A stretch of DNA of 64,000 bases, from contig OX597823.1 in NCBI GenBank assembly GCA_951406725.2, forward strand, positions 94,550,001-94,614,000, given 5' to 3'. The notes beneath the pieces were generated by a model. The model saw nothing but the letters and a program-made list of their open reading frames with translations. It was not told where the DNA came from and made no database searches. This document shows positions 1 through 12,941 of this stretch, piece after piece. The DNA comes from Octopus vulgaris (lineage: Eukaryota). The position numbers and the translations under genes are program-made. Every line of letters begins with the position of its first letter. Within the stretch, counting starts at the first letter, position 1.

Positions 1-434
<434 letters not shown>

Positions 435-650
435 TGTATTTTCTTTCCTTGATTTGTTTCAGTCATTGGACTGGCCATGCTGGGGCAATACCATGAAGGG
501 CTTAAGTCAAACATATCAACCTCTGCTTATATTTTAAATCTTGTAGTTATTCTTTTTTCAACATTTTTTTGTTAAACCACAAAGCTACAAGGACATAAAC
601 AAACCAACACCAATTGTCAAACACAAAGACACACACATACACACACGCAT

Positions 651-691
<41 letters not shown>

Positions 692-847
692 CGATGGGCG
701 TCTTTTAGTTTCTGTCTACCAAATCCACTCACAAGGCTTTGGTCGGCCCGAGGCTATAGTAGAAGACACTTGCCCAAGGTGCCACACAGTGGGACTGAAC
801 ACGTGGTTACAAAGCAAGCTTCTTACCACACAGCCACTCCTCTGCCT
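435..847 (-). mobile_element. tRNA-derived SINE (family B, CORE-like body, internal CA/TA microsatellite), decayed
   Basis: Reverse complement of the GCAGGAGTGGCTGTGTGGTAAG...GCACCTTGGGCAAGTGTCTTC repeat seen at 24798 and 31553. Confidence 0.8.
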
Positions 848-879
848 ATAGGTATTCACATATATATGTGAATGTTTTT

Positions 880-1094
880 ACACGTGTGAGGTCGTTGCCA
901 GTACTGCCTGACTGGCCCCCGTGCCGGTGGCACGTGAAAGCACCCACTATGCTCTCGGAGTGGTTGGCATTAGGAAGGGCATCCAGCTGTAGAAACTCTG
1001 CCAGATCAAGATTGGAGCCTGGTGTAGCCACCTGGTTCGCCAGCCCTCAGTCAAATCGTCCAACCCATGCTAGCATGGAAAGCGGACGCTAAAC

Positions 1095-1131
<37 letters not shown>
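880..1131 (+). mobile_element. 3' tail of RTE-like LINE family ending in (GAT)n
   Basis: AAGCACCCACTA...GGAAGGGCATCCAGCTGTAGAAAC...GCATGGAAAGCGGACG-(GAT)n; same tail follows RT-coding sequence at 40486-41420. Confidence 0.85.
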
Positions 1132-1132
<1 letters not shown>

Positions 1133-1136
<4 letters not shown>

Positions 1137-1586
1137 ATGTTTGACTTTTGCTTCGTATTTGTACAAGTTGGCTCCAAGTCTCACCCAGAGACCTCAAGAG
1201 ACAAGTTGGAAGTTCATGTTGGTGTTATGCCTAGGGTGCCATATATTTGGTTTTGTACATAGTGTTGCTCTGGAGAATGTTTAAGAAACCATGAGAAAAT
1301 TATATTTGTTTTAAAATTTGAGATTACATAGAAAGTATTTTACATAGGATATGGGCAGTTCCCATGAGCACTATCTTTGGAATTTCTATCATTTTGGGGT
1401 TTCCTAGTATCTGAGCTAGGTAGCAATCAGCCCCTTTTGCTATCATTCCTAGGGCACCTACGAAAACAGGTATTGTTTTAGTCTCAAGGTTCCACATTTT
1501 GCTAATTTCTATTTCAAGATCTTTATACTTGCTCAGTTTTTGGTAGGTCTTGACAGATACATTTATATTGATTGAGAGAGACATCA

Positions 1587-1587
<1 letters not shown>
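1133..1587 (-). mobile_element. 5'-truncated R4/Dong-like non-LTR retrotransposon (restriction-like endonuclease C-terminus plus 3' UTR)
   Basis: ORF 1324-1587: KLSKYKDLEIEISKMW...IPVFVGALG...KIVLMGTAHIL resembles the RLE C-terminal pattern of R4-clade elements; abuts a (TAA)n array, the known Dong target. Confidence 0.75.
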
Positions 1588-1634
<47 letters not shown>

Positions 1635-1849
1635 TTGACCAGGCTCCCATGGTTTTTATGGGTTTTTCCACGAGTAACCTTTCAATACGCCTCTCCTATT
1701 GGGAGTTCTTTCTAGCTGTTTTATTTTTCGCAATTATTTTAATGTTTACACGGACCTTTCTTTTTCGCAAAACCCTTTATATTTTTCATCCTGTGTTTGT
1801 CCTTACATGTTTTTGATTTATGTTAGCCCTTGTGGCCAATAAAACCAGA

Positions 1850-1895
<46 letters not shown>

Positions 1896-2452
1896 GAGTG
1901 AGAGAGCAGTTCATGCCATCAAAGTGACACTGGGGTAAAATATACGAAGCCCAATATACCCATCATGACTACTCGTCTGATAAGGGTACACCAGGCACAT
2001 GCATCACAACCATATGTGCACGACATGGTGATCTCATATCAAGATAAACAGCACATGACCTTGCAGGTGGGGCCCAGTTAGAATTTTCTTCAGGTTGAGT
2101 AGCCCATCCCGCTCAAAAGGTCCCTGAATAAGGGTTGTTTAAGGATGTTGAAAGAACCACCCATGTTTCCAGAGGTGAATTATTCAAACCCCAAAGAATC
2201 CCTCTCAACACATGGCTATGATGCTCCTCCACTACTTCTGCTCGTGATCAGAGATGCACATATCGTCAGCCACTGAGGGACATGGTCAACTGGTTAAGAT
2301 CAAACAACTGGCAAGCAAATCTGAGGTATTGAGCAGAATATTTGCTGTAGCCCATCTTTTATACCAAGACAAAACAATGTACATGATAACACCGCCAATC
2401 AGTTAAGATCAGAAGCCATGAGAGCCACTGCCTGGTACTGCATCAGGGCATT
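1896..2452. mobile_element. About 555-bp non-coding dispersed repeat embedded in (ATT/TAA)n, copy 1
   Basis: GAGTGAGAGAGCAG...CTGCATCAGGGCATT; near-identical copies at 5409-5849 (opposite orientation, truncated) and 53949-54480. Confidence 0.85.
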
Positions 2453-2574
2453 TTTTTTAAAAATTATTATCATTATTATTATTATTATTATTTTTGTCGG
2501 CGTCGGCGGCGGTAAGGCGGCGGCAGTAAGGCGGTGGCGGCGGCGGCGGTGGTAAGGCGGTAAGGCGGTAAGGC

Positions 2575-3020
2575 GGTAAGGCGACAAGCTAGCAGAATCC
2601 TTAACACACCAGGCAAAATGCTTAGCAGTATGACATCTGTCATCATGTCCTGAGTTCAAATTCTACTGAGGTCAACTTTGCCTTTCATCCTTTTGGGGTC
2701 AATAAATTAAGTACCAATGAAACACAGGGGTTCGATGTTATTGACTAGCCCACTCTCCCACAACTTCAGGCTTTGTGCCTATATTAAAAAGGATTATCAT
2801 CATCATCATCATTATTAAGGCAGCAGGCTGGCAGAATTGCTAGCATGTTGGGCAAACTGCTCAGTGGTATTTCGTCCATCTTTACGTCCTCAGTTCAAAT
2901 TCCAACAAGGTCATCTTTACTTTTCATCCTTTCAGGGTCAACAAAATTAAGTACCAGTGAAACGCTGGGGGTCGATGTAACCGACCGTAATTGCTGGCCT
3001 TGTCAGAATTTGAAACTTGT
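2575..3020 (+). mobile_element. Two decayed copies of SINE family A (GGCGGCGAGCTGGCAGAA head)
   Basis: B-box-like GTTCAAATT followed by CTTTGCCTTTCATCCTTT..GGGGTC.ATAAATTAAGTACCA body; many CpG-to-TpG/CpA changes. Confidence 0.8.
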
Positions 3021-3970
3021 CTATTTGATGCTTTCACTAAATGTCGCATATTCTTATTTGGTCACAAACAGACACTGACACCAGGTCAAGTCGTTCCCCA
3101 CTCTTCACCCAGCACTCACCCCCCACCAGATGTATCAGTTAGAAAGAGAGAGGACAACACCAGTACTTGTCCGATGTTTAGTTATAGCTGCGTAGATAGG
3201 AGCAATGTGAGATGAAGTGCCTTGCTTAAGACTCATAGCATTTGACCCGTAACCATTTAGTGCTCGGATTACTCAGTCAAGAGTGATGCTTTTGGAATTA
3301 ATTATGCATCTATCTTGTAGCTCCAAGATTAATGTAATGTGAAAGTTTATTTTTAGATTGACATTGTAGGGTTAGTGTGAAAGGCCAGAGCTAGCCAGTT
3401 TGAACATAAAACAGGTAAAACATTTGGGTAGGATATGGTCAGTTTAAATGCTAAAGGCTTAAGCACAATACTTAATTTCATGTTGCTCACGGACGCAACA
3501 TGCTGACTAGTCTAAGAATTGAACCCAAGACCTTATGATCATTAGCTAAAGAGCCTGAACGAAAAAGCTACGCACTTTCGTTCATATGTGTACATGTGCA
3601 ATTGTGTGTGTGTGTTTATGACTGCCCATTTGTAATAATCTTATTGTGTACACACACACGCACACACGCACGCACACACACACACATACACACCCACATA
3701 CACAAACATAGACACACATACATATATATATATATACATACACACATATATTTACATTCATACATGGTCTGTTTGCATGTCTGTGTGTGTGTGTGTGCGT
3801 GTGTGTTTGTGCGCGTATGTATGTATATATATGTATATATATATATGTGTGTGTGTGTATGTATATGTATATACGTATGTGTGCATGTATGTACGTATGT
3901 ATGTATATATATATATGTATGTATATATGTATGTATGTATTTATATATATATATATTTATGTATATATAT

Positions 3971-4022
<52 letters not shown>

Positions 4023-4537
4023 GTATTTATATATATATTTATGTATATATATGTTTATATATATATATAAATAATCAATGTGAGACCACTACTCCCAGCT
4101 TTTCATGTTGTACATACCTTAGCTGTAGCAATGACAGGTGAGGACAATCACAGTCAATCACATAACAAAAGATACACCTTGCTTGCTTTTCACCTTACTT
4201 TTCTGTTTGTATTATCCACACCTGGCTACCCTGTTTCACTCACCTGAAAGTACCCAGGTGAAAAGAAAGGTATCATATACCACTTCCCTTGTCTGGTCAC
4301 TCCATACCCCAAGTCACAATTAAATTAGTCACCCCTAAAGCATCTCCTCTTGCTGCTGCCAGGCTGCCAGCCCCTAAGACAGGTCAGTGCTAACTGAAAA
4401 TATTCCATGAATGTGCTTTTAAACAAGAATACATTGGCAGACCCCACTGCCACCACCACCACTTCTGTCTGTCTGTCTGTCTGTCTGAATTTTTTCAAAA
4501 CTATCAAAAATTCTAATTGGAAAGGTTTGGTAAATAC

Positions 4538-4559
4538 TGCTGCTGCTGCTGCTACTACA

Positions 4560-4621
<62 letters not shown>

Positions 4622-4760
4622 CACCACCACCACCACCACCACCACCACCACCACTATTACTACTGATGATGGTGGTGGTGGTGGTGGTAATGGTGATGAT
4701 GATGGTGGTGGTGGTGGTGGTAATGGTGGTGGTGGTGGTGGTGGTGGTGGTGGTGATGAT
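4538..4760. repeat. Compound trinucleotide array (GCT)(ACT)(ACC) switching to (GGT/GAT)
   Basis: Seen directly; source of the poly-T/G/V/P ORFs. Confidence 0.95.
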
Positions 4761-4842
4761 GACTGGATATGTAAGGTTACAAGTAGTAACCCACAATCCA
4801 CACAAATTCTACCAGGGTTAAGAACAATCTTGAGCCAAATCA

Positions 4843-4886
<44 letters not shown>

Positions 4887-5019
4887 TGATGATGATGATG
4901 ATGATTTCTTTCATTTGGCACCAGGGTGGAGGATGAGGGGACAATACAAAGACAGATATAAAGTGTGGGGATTTATGTATAATGGAATGATAAAATAAAA
5001 AGGATACATGGTAACAATA

Positions 5020-5240
5020 TTTTTTTATTCTACTCTGGGCACAAGGCCCGAAATTTTGGGGGAGGGGGCCAGTCGATTAGATCGACTCCAGTATGCAACT
5101 GGTACTTAATTTATCAATCCCAAAGGGATGAAAGGCAAAGTAAACCTCGGTGGAATTTGAACTCAGAACGTAGTGGCAGACGAAACATTGCTAAGCATTT
5201 CGCCTGGTGTGCTAACGTTTCTGGCAGCTCGCTGCCTTAG
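5020..5240 (-). mobile_element. SINE family A with 12-bp TSD ATGGTAACAATA
   Basis: TSD at 5008-5019 and 5241-5252. Confidence 0.85.
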
Positions 5241-5261
5241 ATGGTAACAATAATAATAATG

Positions 5262-5298
<37 letters not shown>

Positions 5299-5363
5299 GG
5301 CACACAGAGCTGCGCGCTTGGTAGTGAAGTGAAAGCACGCTATAAAAATAAAACTACTGAATG

Positions 5364-5408
<45 letters not shown>

Positions 5409-5411
<3 letters not shown>

Positions 5412-5849
5412 GCCCTGATGCAGTACCAGGCAGTGGCTCTTGTGGCTTCTGATCTTAACTGATTGGAAGTGTTATCATGTACATTGTTTTGTCTTGGTAT
5501 AAAAGATGGGCTACAGCATATATTCTGCTCAATACCACAGATTTACTTGTCAATTGTTTGACCTTAACCAGTTGACCATGTCCCTTAGTGGCTGACGATA
5601 TGTGAATCTCTGATCACCAGCAGAAGTAGTGGGGGAGCAAAATAGCCATGTGTTGAGAGGGGTTCTTTGGGGTGTGAATAATTCACCTCTGGAAACATGG
5701 GTGCTTCGTTCAACATCCTTAAACAACCCTTATTGAGTGGGATGGACTACTTGACCAGAAGAAAATTCTAACTGGGCTCCACCTGCAACGTCATGTGCTG
5801 TTTACCTTGATATGAGATCACCATGTCGAGCACATATGGTTGCAATGCA
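5409..5849. mobile_element. About 555-bp (TAA)n-associated repeat, copy 2 (truncated)
   Basis: Starts AATGCCCTGATGCAGTACCAGG right after (AAT)n; reverse complement of part of 1896-2452. Confidence 0.85.
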
Positions 5850-6095
5850 ATATTGGAGCAGTGGGGAGGGGGGTCAGATACAGTTTCCACCCCCGTTCCA
5901 GCTCCCTCCCAATGCCAGTTCAACAATGAAGAAAACTAAGAGAAACGAATGAAATTCACTGTTTAATTAAAATACAGATTAATTAGTTAGACACAAGGTG
6001 TGAATTTGTGTTCTAACAAATTATTTCTCAGGTGATTTTCCCTGTCTTCCATGGAATTCCTTATCAGACATAATTGAAATGGAATCGTTTCTTCT

Positions 6096-6610
6096 TTGAC
6101 TTCATCTTCTTCAATCATTTCTTCTTCTTTATCTTCCTACGTTCTTTCTTTTTTCTTCCTGTATTTTTTCTTTACTTTCCTTCAGTTTCTTTCCTGTCAT
6201 CTACATCTTAGCCAGTCGCTTCTTCTTTTTCTTCTTCTTCTTCTTCTTCTTCTTCTTCTTCTTCTTCTTCTCCTTCTTCTCTTCCTTCCTTCTTCCTCCT
6301 TTTTTCCTCCTCTTCCTCCTTACTCTTCTTCTCATTCTCCTACATTACTCTCTTCTTTATATCTTCTTCTCTTCCTTCCCTTCTTCCTCCTCCTTCCTTT
6401 CCTCTTCCTCCTCCTCCTCTTTCATTTTCTCTTCCTTCTTCCTCCTTTCTTTCTCCTCCTTACTCTTTTCATTCTCCTACATTGCTTTCTTCCTCATATC
6501 CTCTTCTTCTCCTTCTTCTTCTTCTTCCACTTCCTCTCCTTCTTCCTCTTCTGCCTCTTCCTCCTCCTCCTCCACTCCAACTCCATTCTCCTTCTTATTC
6601 CTCTCTCCCA
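6096..6610. repeat. Polypyrimidine (CTT/CCT)n low-complexity tract
   Basis: Seen directly. Confidence 0.9.
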
Positions 6611-6867
6611 CACACTCCCCTTCCATTCGGTACACCATAATGGAAATCTGAACTCTCACTGAACCTGTCAATTCTTTCATCTCCAGTGGTTGGAATGGTG
6701 AAATATACTGGAATGGTTTCCTAATTCTTGTTCCAGACGCACAGAAGCACTTTGAAACTGACTACTAACAGCTTACGAAACACTTGTTGATCATACAAAG
6801 ATTTCCCCTGCTTGGAGTGAATGATTAACTTGTACCTAACCATGATACCTATTCACACCTCAGGCCC

Positions 6868-6914
<47 letters not shown>

Positions 6915-6963
6915 TGGAGAATACATGTATGACCACTAGACCAGACAGCAAGAGCATCTAACT

Positions 6964-7470
6964 CACCACCACCACTGCCACAATCACCATCACCAGCACC
7001 ATCATCCCCACCACCATCACTACCACCACCACCACTGCCACCATCACCATCATCACCACCATCACCACCACCAACACTACCACCACCACCACCATCACAG
7101 CGGCGGCGGTAGTGGTGGTGGTGATGATGATGATAACAGTGATGATGATGATAAAAATGATGATGACGATGATGATGGTGACAATGATGGTGATGATAAT
7201 GAGAACGATGACGATGATGATAATGATGATGATGATGGTGGTGGTGGTGGTGTTGTTGTTGTTATTGTTGTTGTTGTTGGTGGTGGTAGTGATGATGGTG
7301 ATGACAGTGATGATGATGATGAAGATGATGATGATAATGACAAGGATAATGACGATGATGATGATAATGCTGCTGATGATGATGATGATAATGACAATTT
7401 TGACAATAACAATGATGATGGCAATAATGATGATGACGGTGACAACGATGATGATGATGATGATGATGCA
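6964..7470. repeat. (CAC/CAT)n array switching to (GAT/GGT/GTT)n array
   Basis: Seen directly; source of poly-M/S/H ORFs. Confidence 0.9.
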
Positions 7471-8592
7471 TCAGGTGATGTTGGATTTCTGTTCATGCTT
7501 AAAATCAATGAATCAGAAAGGAAATTTCAACTGTCACAGTTCAATAAAATAAAAAAAAACTCACCAATTACCAAAACCCATTAAATCCACCCCCACACAC
7601 ACCCACACCCCGCTCCCTTCCTTCATTATTCGTGGTCTTTTGCTATTCTTAGAAACCCTTATTCACAACCCACTGCAATGACAGGAGATTGACAAAAATC
7701 ATCAGAGCAACAGATAAAATGCCTTGTGGTATTTCTTCCACCCCTTTACAGTCTAAGTTCAAATTCTCACCTGAGAAACTACCTTCCATCCTTGGAGTGG
7801 TGGTGGGGGGTCAATAAATTAAAATTAAGATACCAGTCATGCACTGGATTCAGTGTAAACGACTTGCCTCCGTTTCCTCAAATTTCTAGCCCTGAGCTAG
7901 AAATTACATTGAAGTGGCAACTGATGGAAAAAGCCAGGACCAGTAAAACAATGATCAAAACACCTTGTGGTGTTTAATTACATCCCTTTACATTCTGACT
8001 TCTCATCCTTCTGAGATCAATTTCTGCATTTCATTCTTCCATGGTGATCAATAAGACAAAGTACAGATCAAATCTTGTGATTGATTTAATTAGCTACCAT
8101 CACCACCACCACCGACACCTCCACCACCAACAACAGCACCACCACCACCATCACCATGATCACATAAACTGAAAATGTGTGACCTTGCGTGATTGTTAGA
8201 AATCAATATTAAAAAACATCAATAGTAAAAGATCAATGAATTTCAGGATCAGTAGAGCAACAAGTTATAATTCCATGCAGTAGCTAATCACATCCATTTT
8301 AATTTTCTGAGTTCACATCTAGCTCAGCCCAATGCTTCCATTTATCTTCCCAGGGTCAATAAAATAAGTAGCAGTCAAGTACTTGAATCAACTTAATTAT
8401 CTGTTCCTTCCAATTAAACTGTATGGCCTTTGTTACAACAAAAAAAAATCATCATTAAGGCACATGAAATGATATTTAAGACTAATTGTCATTGTTGTGT
8501 GTATGTCATTACAGATAAACTGATGAAAAAAATTTGATCAAAATTTGAATAACAAATGTAGATGATAATTATATACATGTATGTGCATATGC

Positions 8593-8631
<39 letters not shown>

Positions 8632-8632
<1 letters not shown>

Positions 8633-9910
8633 TGGGTTACCCTATAAATAATGCAGTTTTTGTATACTTCTTTTATTTTTCAAAATTGAGATAAACAAAG
8701 TTCTTTTTTAATCTAAAATATACTCTCCTTCATTTTCTACAATGCTCTTCCATCTATCTGGTAGACTTGCAAGGCCCCCCCACCTTCCAAAATTCACTTG
8801 TCCGTGATGAAAAATATTCCTCCAGTTCTGTTCTGACCTCATCTACAGAATTCATATTTTTCCTGTCCAAATGATTTTGAAGACTGCAGAATAAATGATA
8901 ATCAGATGGAGCAATGTCCGGCGAATATAGTGGGTGGGGCATCGTTTCCCATTCAAACTGCTCCAGCCTTTGGAATGTCATCCTCTCTGTATGTGGTCAA
9001 GCATTATCCTGATACAGCACCTTTCATTTTCAAACCAAAGATGGTTGCTTTTCTTCTAGCGCTTACTTAAGTCGCCCAAGCTGTTCGCAGTAGATCTCCT
9101 TTGTTATCGTTTGGTTTGGGTTTAAAAGTTCAAAGTGGACTAAACCTTTCATATCCCACCAAACAGATAACAACACCTTACGTGGGTGAAGACCTTCTTT
9201 AGCCTGGGGGAGGGGGGTGCTGGTGTTTCTCCTTTCCCTATCTACTGTCTTTGGCACTTGACATTTTTATAGAAGACCCATTTCTTGTCACCAGTCACTA
9301 TTCGTTCAAAAAAAGTTCATTCGTGAGATGTGACAGCAAAAAAAAAGCACACATTCACACTCTTTGCATGTGATTAGATTCAGAAAGTTTGTGAGGAACC
9401 CATTGACCCAATTTGCAGGTGTTGATGAATGGTTGAATGACTAAATCCAAGCTTCTCTGCTAGTTCCTCAACAGTTATAATGGGATTTTGCCCCACCAGA
9501 GTTTGCAGGACATCCTCATCAAGCTCTACAGATCTTCCAGGATAAAGCTCGTCTTCAAGGCTGCAGTTTCCAGCTCGGAATATCTGGAATCACTACAAAC
9601 ACTGGCCTATGCTTATTGTCCAATCCCCATATACTGCATTAATATTCCTTACACTTTCCATTGCATTGTTGCCTTTATTGAACTCATAAAGCAAAATATA
9701 CTGAATATGCTCCTTTGTCACTTCCATTATGGTTTTTAAAAAATAACTGTTAAAATCGAACTGCACTCTTCAAAACTTGCACTAAGAATAAGCACAAGGT
9801 AAAATTACTACCTGACTTTATAGCAACCTGATGCAGGTAGTTTATCCCTTCCTCCTCTGACTTTTAGTTCATGCAATTGAAAAAGCTGCATTATTTATGG
9901 GATGACCCAA
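8632..9910 (-). mobile_element. Full-length but decayed mariner DNA transposon (pseudogenised transposase)
   Basis: About 29-bp TIRs TTGGGTTACCCTATAAATAATGCAG / CTGCATTATTTATGGGATGACCCAA, TA on the left, about 1.28 kb; fragments KVLLSVWWDMKG and HPLYSPDIAPSDYHLF are mariner transposase motifs, broken by frameshifts. Confidence 0.92.
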
Positions 9911-10039
9911 CACCATGTGTGTATATATATATACAGGGTGTGATGGGTAGATGTTAATGTTATGGAATCAACTGTTTGAAAGAAAACTAGTTCAATATTA
10001 AGTCGTTTATGTTATATAGTAAATTATGCAAGATTAGTT

Positions 10040-10210
10040 TAATATAAGACGACTAATGTCAGAAACTTGGAAGGTCACCAAACTCATAAGGAGGAAACTA
10101 CAGACTTTCGTCAACGAATGCATGTTCTACATTCTCAAGATCTGGTGGCCGGACAGAATCTCAAAGGGAAGTCTGTGGGATAGAACGAACCAAATTTCCA
10201 TCAATCAAGG
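10040..10210 (+). mobile_element. RTE-like LINE fragment (post-RT region)
   Basis: SETWKVTK...KLQTFVNECM..ILKIWWPDRIS...LWDRTNQ motif. Confidence 0.7.
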
Positions 10211-10223
10211 TCATACACAAAAA

Positions 10224-11192
10224 AGATCTGGGAAAGACTTCTTTTTGTAACCCCCACCCATAAAATTATTTGTTAAATATTACACACGGTGGAAAATTGA
10301 TTTCCTACCACGTCTTATAATAATAATGATGAGAAAATCATAAAGATTACGAATTTCTATTTAAAAAAAGATTCATTTCTGTATTTTGTATATTCATGTC
10401 AATTGCCTAACTCTATGAAATTTGCCTAACCTTGGGACATGAATATACATAATAAAGAAATTAAGTTTCTTTTTAATAGAAATTCGTAATCTTTATGACT
10501 TTAAGACATGGTAAGGTGGCTAGCTGGCAGAAACGTTAGCACGCCGGGAGAAATGCTTAGCGGTATTTCGTCTGCAGCTACGTTCTGAGTTCAAATTCCG
10601 CCGCGGTCGACTTTGCCTTTCATCCTTTCGGGGTCGATAAATTAAGTACCAGTTACGCACTGGGGTCGATGTAATCGACTTAATACCTATGTCTGTCCTT
10701 GTTTGTCCCCTCTGTGTTTAGCCCCTTGTGGGTAATAAAGAAATAGGTATTTCGTCTGCAGTTACGTTCTGAGTTCAAATTCCGCCGCGGTCGACTTTGC
10801 CTTTCATCCTTTCGGGGTCGATTAAATAAGTACCAGTTATGCACTGGAGTCGATATAATCGACTTAATCCGTCAGTCTGTCCTTGTTTGTCTCCTCTGTG
10901 TTTAGCCCCTTGAGGGTAGTAAAGAAACAGGTGTTTCATCTGCCGCTACGTTCTGAGTCCCCCGAAGTTGACTTTGCCCTTCATCCTTTTGGGGTCGATA
11001 AACTAAGTACCAGTTGCGCGCTGGAGTCTATGTTATCGACTAGTTCCTTTCCACCAAAATTTCAGGCCTTGTGCCTATAGTAGAAAGGATTATTATAAGA
11101 CATAGTAAGAAATCAATCTTATATCATGTGTAATATTTTTTCCTTTTTAATTTCATGGGTGTGGGTTACAAAAGGAAGTCTTTCCGAGATCT
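10224..11192. mobile_element. Foldback/MITE-like palindromic element interrupted by a SINE
   Basis: 10224-10325 is the reverse complement of about 11093-11192; inner arms 10338-10400 and 10436-10500 also pair. Confidence 0.75.
10514..11095 (+). mobile_element. SINE family A with three internal tandem body units
   Basis: CpG-intact head; body repeated three times; flanked by TAAGACATGGTAAG / TAAGACATAGTAAG (14-bp TSD, 1 mismatch). Confidence 0.9.
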
Positions 11193-12226
11193 CAAAGCAG
11201 CATTGCAAGGTAAGTATGAGACTGGCAACCTGAAGGAAAGTTGGACGACCCGAGATGACAGGGAAAGGACGCGTGGGGGGGTGAAAGGAAAGCAATCGGT
11301 CTCTCTTGGTGAAATCAAGGCAGGAGTCCACGATCGCATTTACTGGCAGGAAATAGTTGTGACCCTATGCTCCTTACGGAGTAAGGTGGACTAACAAACG
11401 TCAAGGAATAAATAGCGATGTATGCAAAAGTATTTCTTTTCTCACCATATGGGGAATAAAATGGAAAAACGATGAAACGATAAAGAGGCGGGAATAGAGG
11501 GCAAAAAAGTAGGATTAAGATACTGAGGATTTTATTTGCTCCATTCATTCTGTTCCAAGTTATTTAAGGTGTTACTCACCCTGTTTGGGCACCCGGGGTA
11601 GTTTAAAGGAAGTGAAATGCCTCACCTGGCACCTACTTTTTATTAATCTTCTCTTTCTTTCTAAAAAAAAACCCGCCGTCCTAGCGAGCTTTATTCGTCC
11701 ACTCATAAATTAATTTATTCGCTTATTCATCCATTCGTACGTATGTATATTCGTCCATCAATTTCTTCGTTTATTCGTTCATTCATTCGTGTACTTGTCC
11801 TTTCGTTTATTCGTTCATTCACATTTTCATTCATGTATTTATTATTTATATCGTTAATTGTTCGACATGTCAATGAGTGTCTCCTCTACGTTGACGGCTG
11901 ATCTACTAGAAACAACAGTCGTATCTCTATATTATTAAAAAAAAAAGGAAGAGCAAGAAGAAGGTCATGTGGGATAAGGAATATTGTCGTAGATAAATTA
12001 TCTGGAAAAGAAAGACTGAATTATTATGGTTAGAATATTTGTTTCTTGTTTATACATACTCATGAAATGCTCAAAGATGTTTCGAAGAATGGCCGAGGAG
12101 ACTGGGGAAATAATGTCGTGACATTTATATTAACAAATGGGGTAAACGGAGCTTTCACCGAGAAACGAACTTCAGTCACCAACGTTTAGGGGTTATTCTA
12201 CTTAACACACATGACATAGCTGTAGA

Positions 12227-12512
12227 CAGTGGTGGACTGGGTCTAGAAATATACGTTGCCAGGAGACTAAAGGGACCCCATCCGCAACTACAATGCTATC
12301 GTTTAATTTTTTTTTAAGTATTCTTTCCAACTGTCTACAAACACATCCAGGCTGAAACAATTAATACATTCTTCCAGGAGTGAATAAAAAATTCTCAAAC
12401 TTGAGGGGTATGGGTCCCTTAGATACTAATATGGGCCCCCATATATGGATTCTAATGGTGCAGGGGCCCACTTGCCATCGGACAAGCTGGCAACCTGGTC
12501 AGTCCGCCACTG
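12227..12512. mobile_element. hAT-like MITE
   Basis: TIRs CAGTGGTGGACTG / CAGTCCGCCACTG; 8-bp TSD GCTGTAGA / GCTGTAGG. Confidence 0.8.
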
Positions 12513-12941
12513 GCTGTAGGCAGGGCCTCTGAGAACTTTATATCAGAGCTTACAAAATTTCTTTCAAGTCACACTTACCTTCGATAACGGTCAGTCTTCA
12601 ATGGATACAATCATATTCGACACATTATGTCCTAAGTTCAAATTCTGCCGAAGTCACTTTGCCTCTCGTCCACCGAGGTCGATAAAATAAGCAAAATGAA
12701 TACAGTTAAGCCCTGAGGCCGATGCAATCAACAAACTCACCCCTAAAATTTCGAGCTTCGTGCCTATTGCAGAAAGAAACGCATATAATCGTATTCTGGA
12801 TCTAAAAATGTCCGGGTTCGGTTCCGGATACGATGTAATCACTAGACGCCCCTAATTTTCGTATGACATATCTGAAGGGTAGTGTAGATTTTGAAGTTGG
12901 GAATTCTTTCGGTTTGTTGACAAATTGAAAGTAGAAATAAC

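Noticed and set aside
8754-9257. Functional mariner transposase or SETMAR-like gene
   Set aside because: Multiple frameshifts and stops; bounded by TIRs; no fused domain visible.
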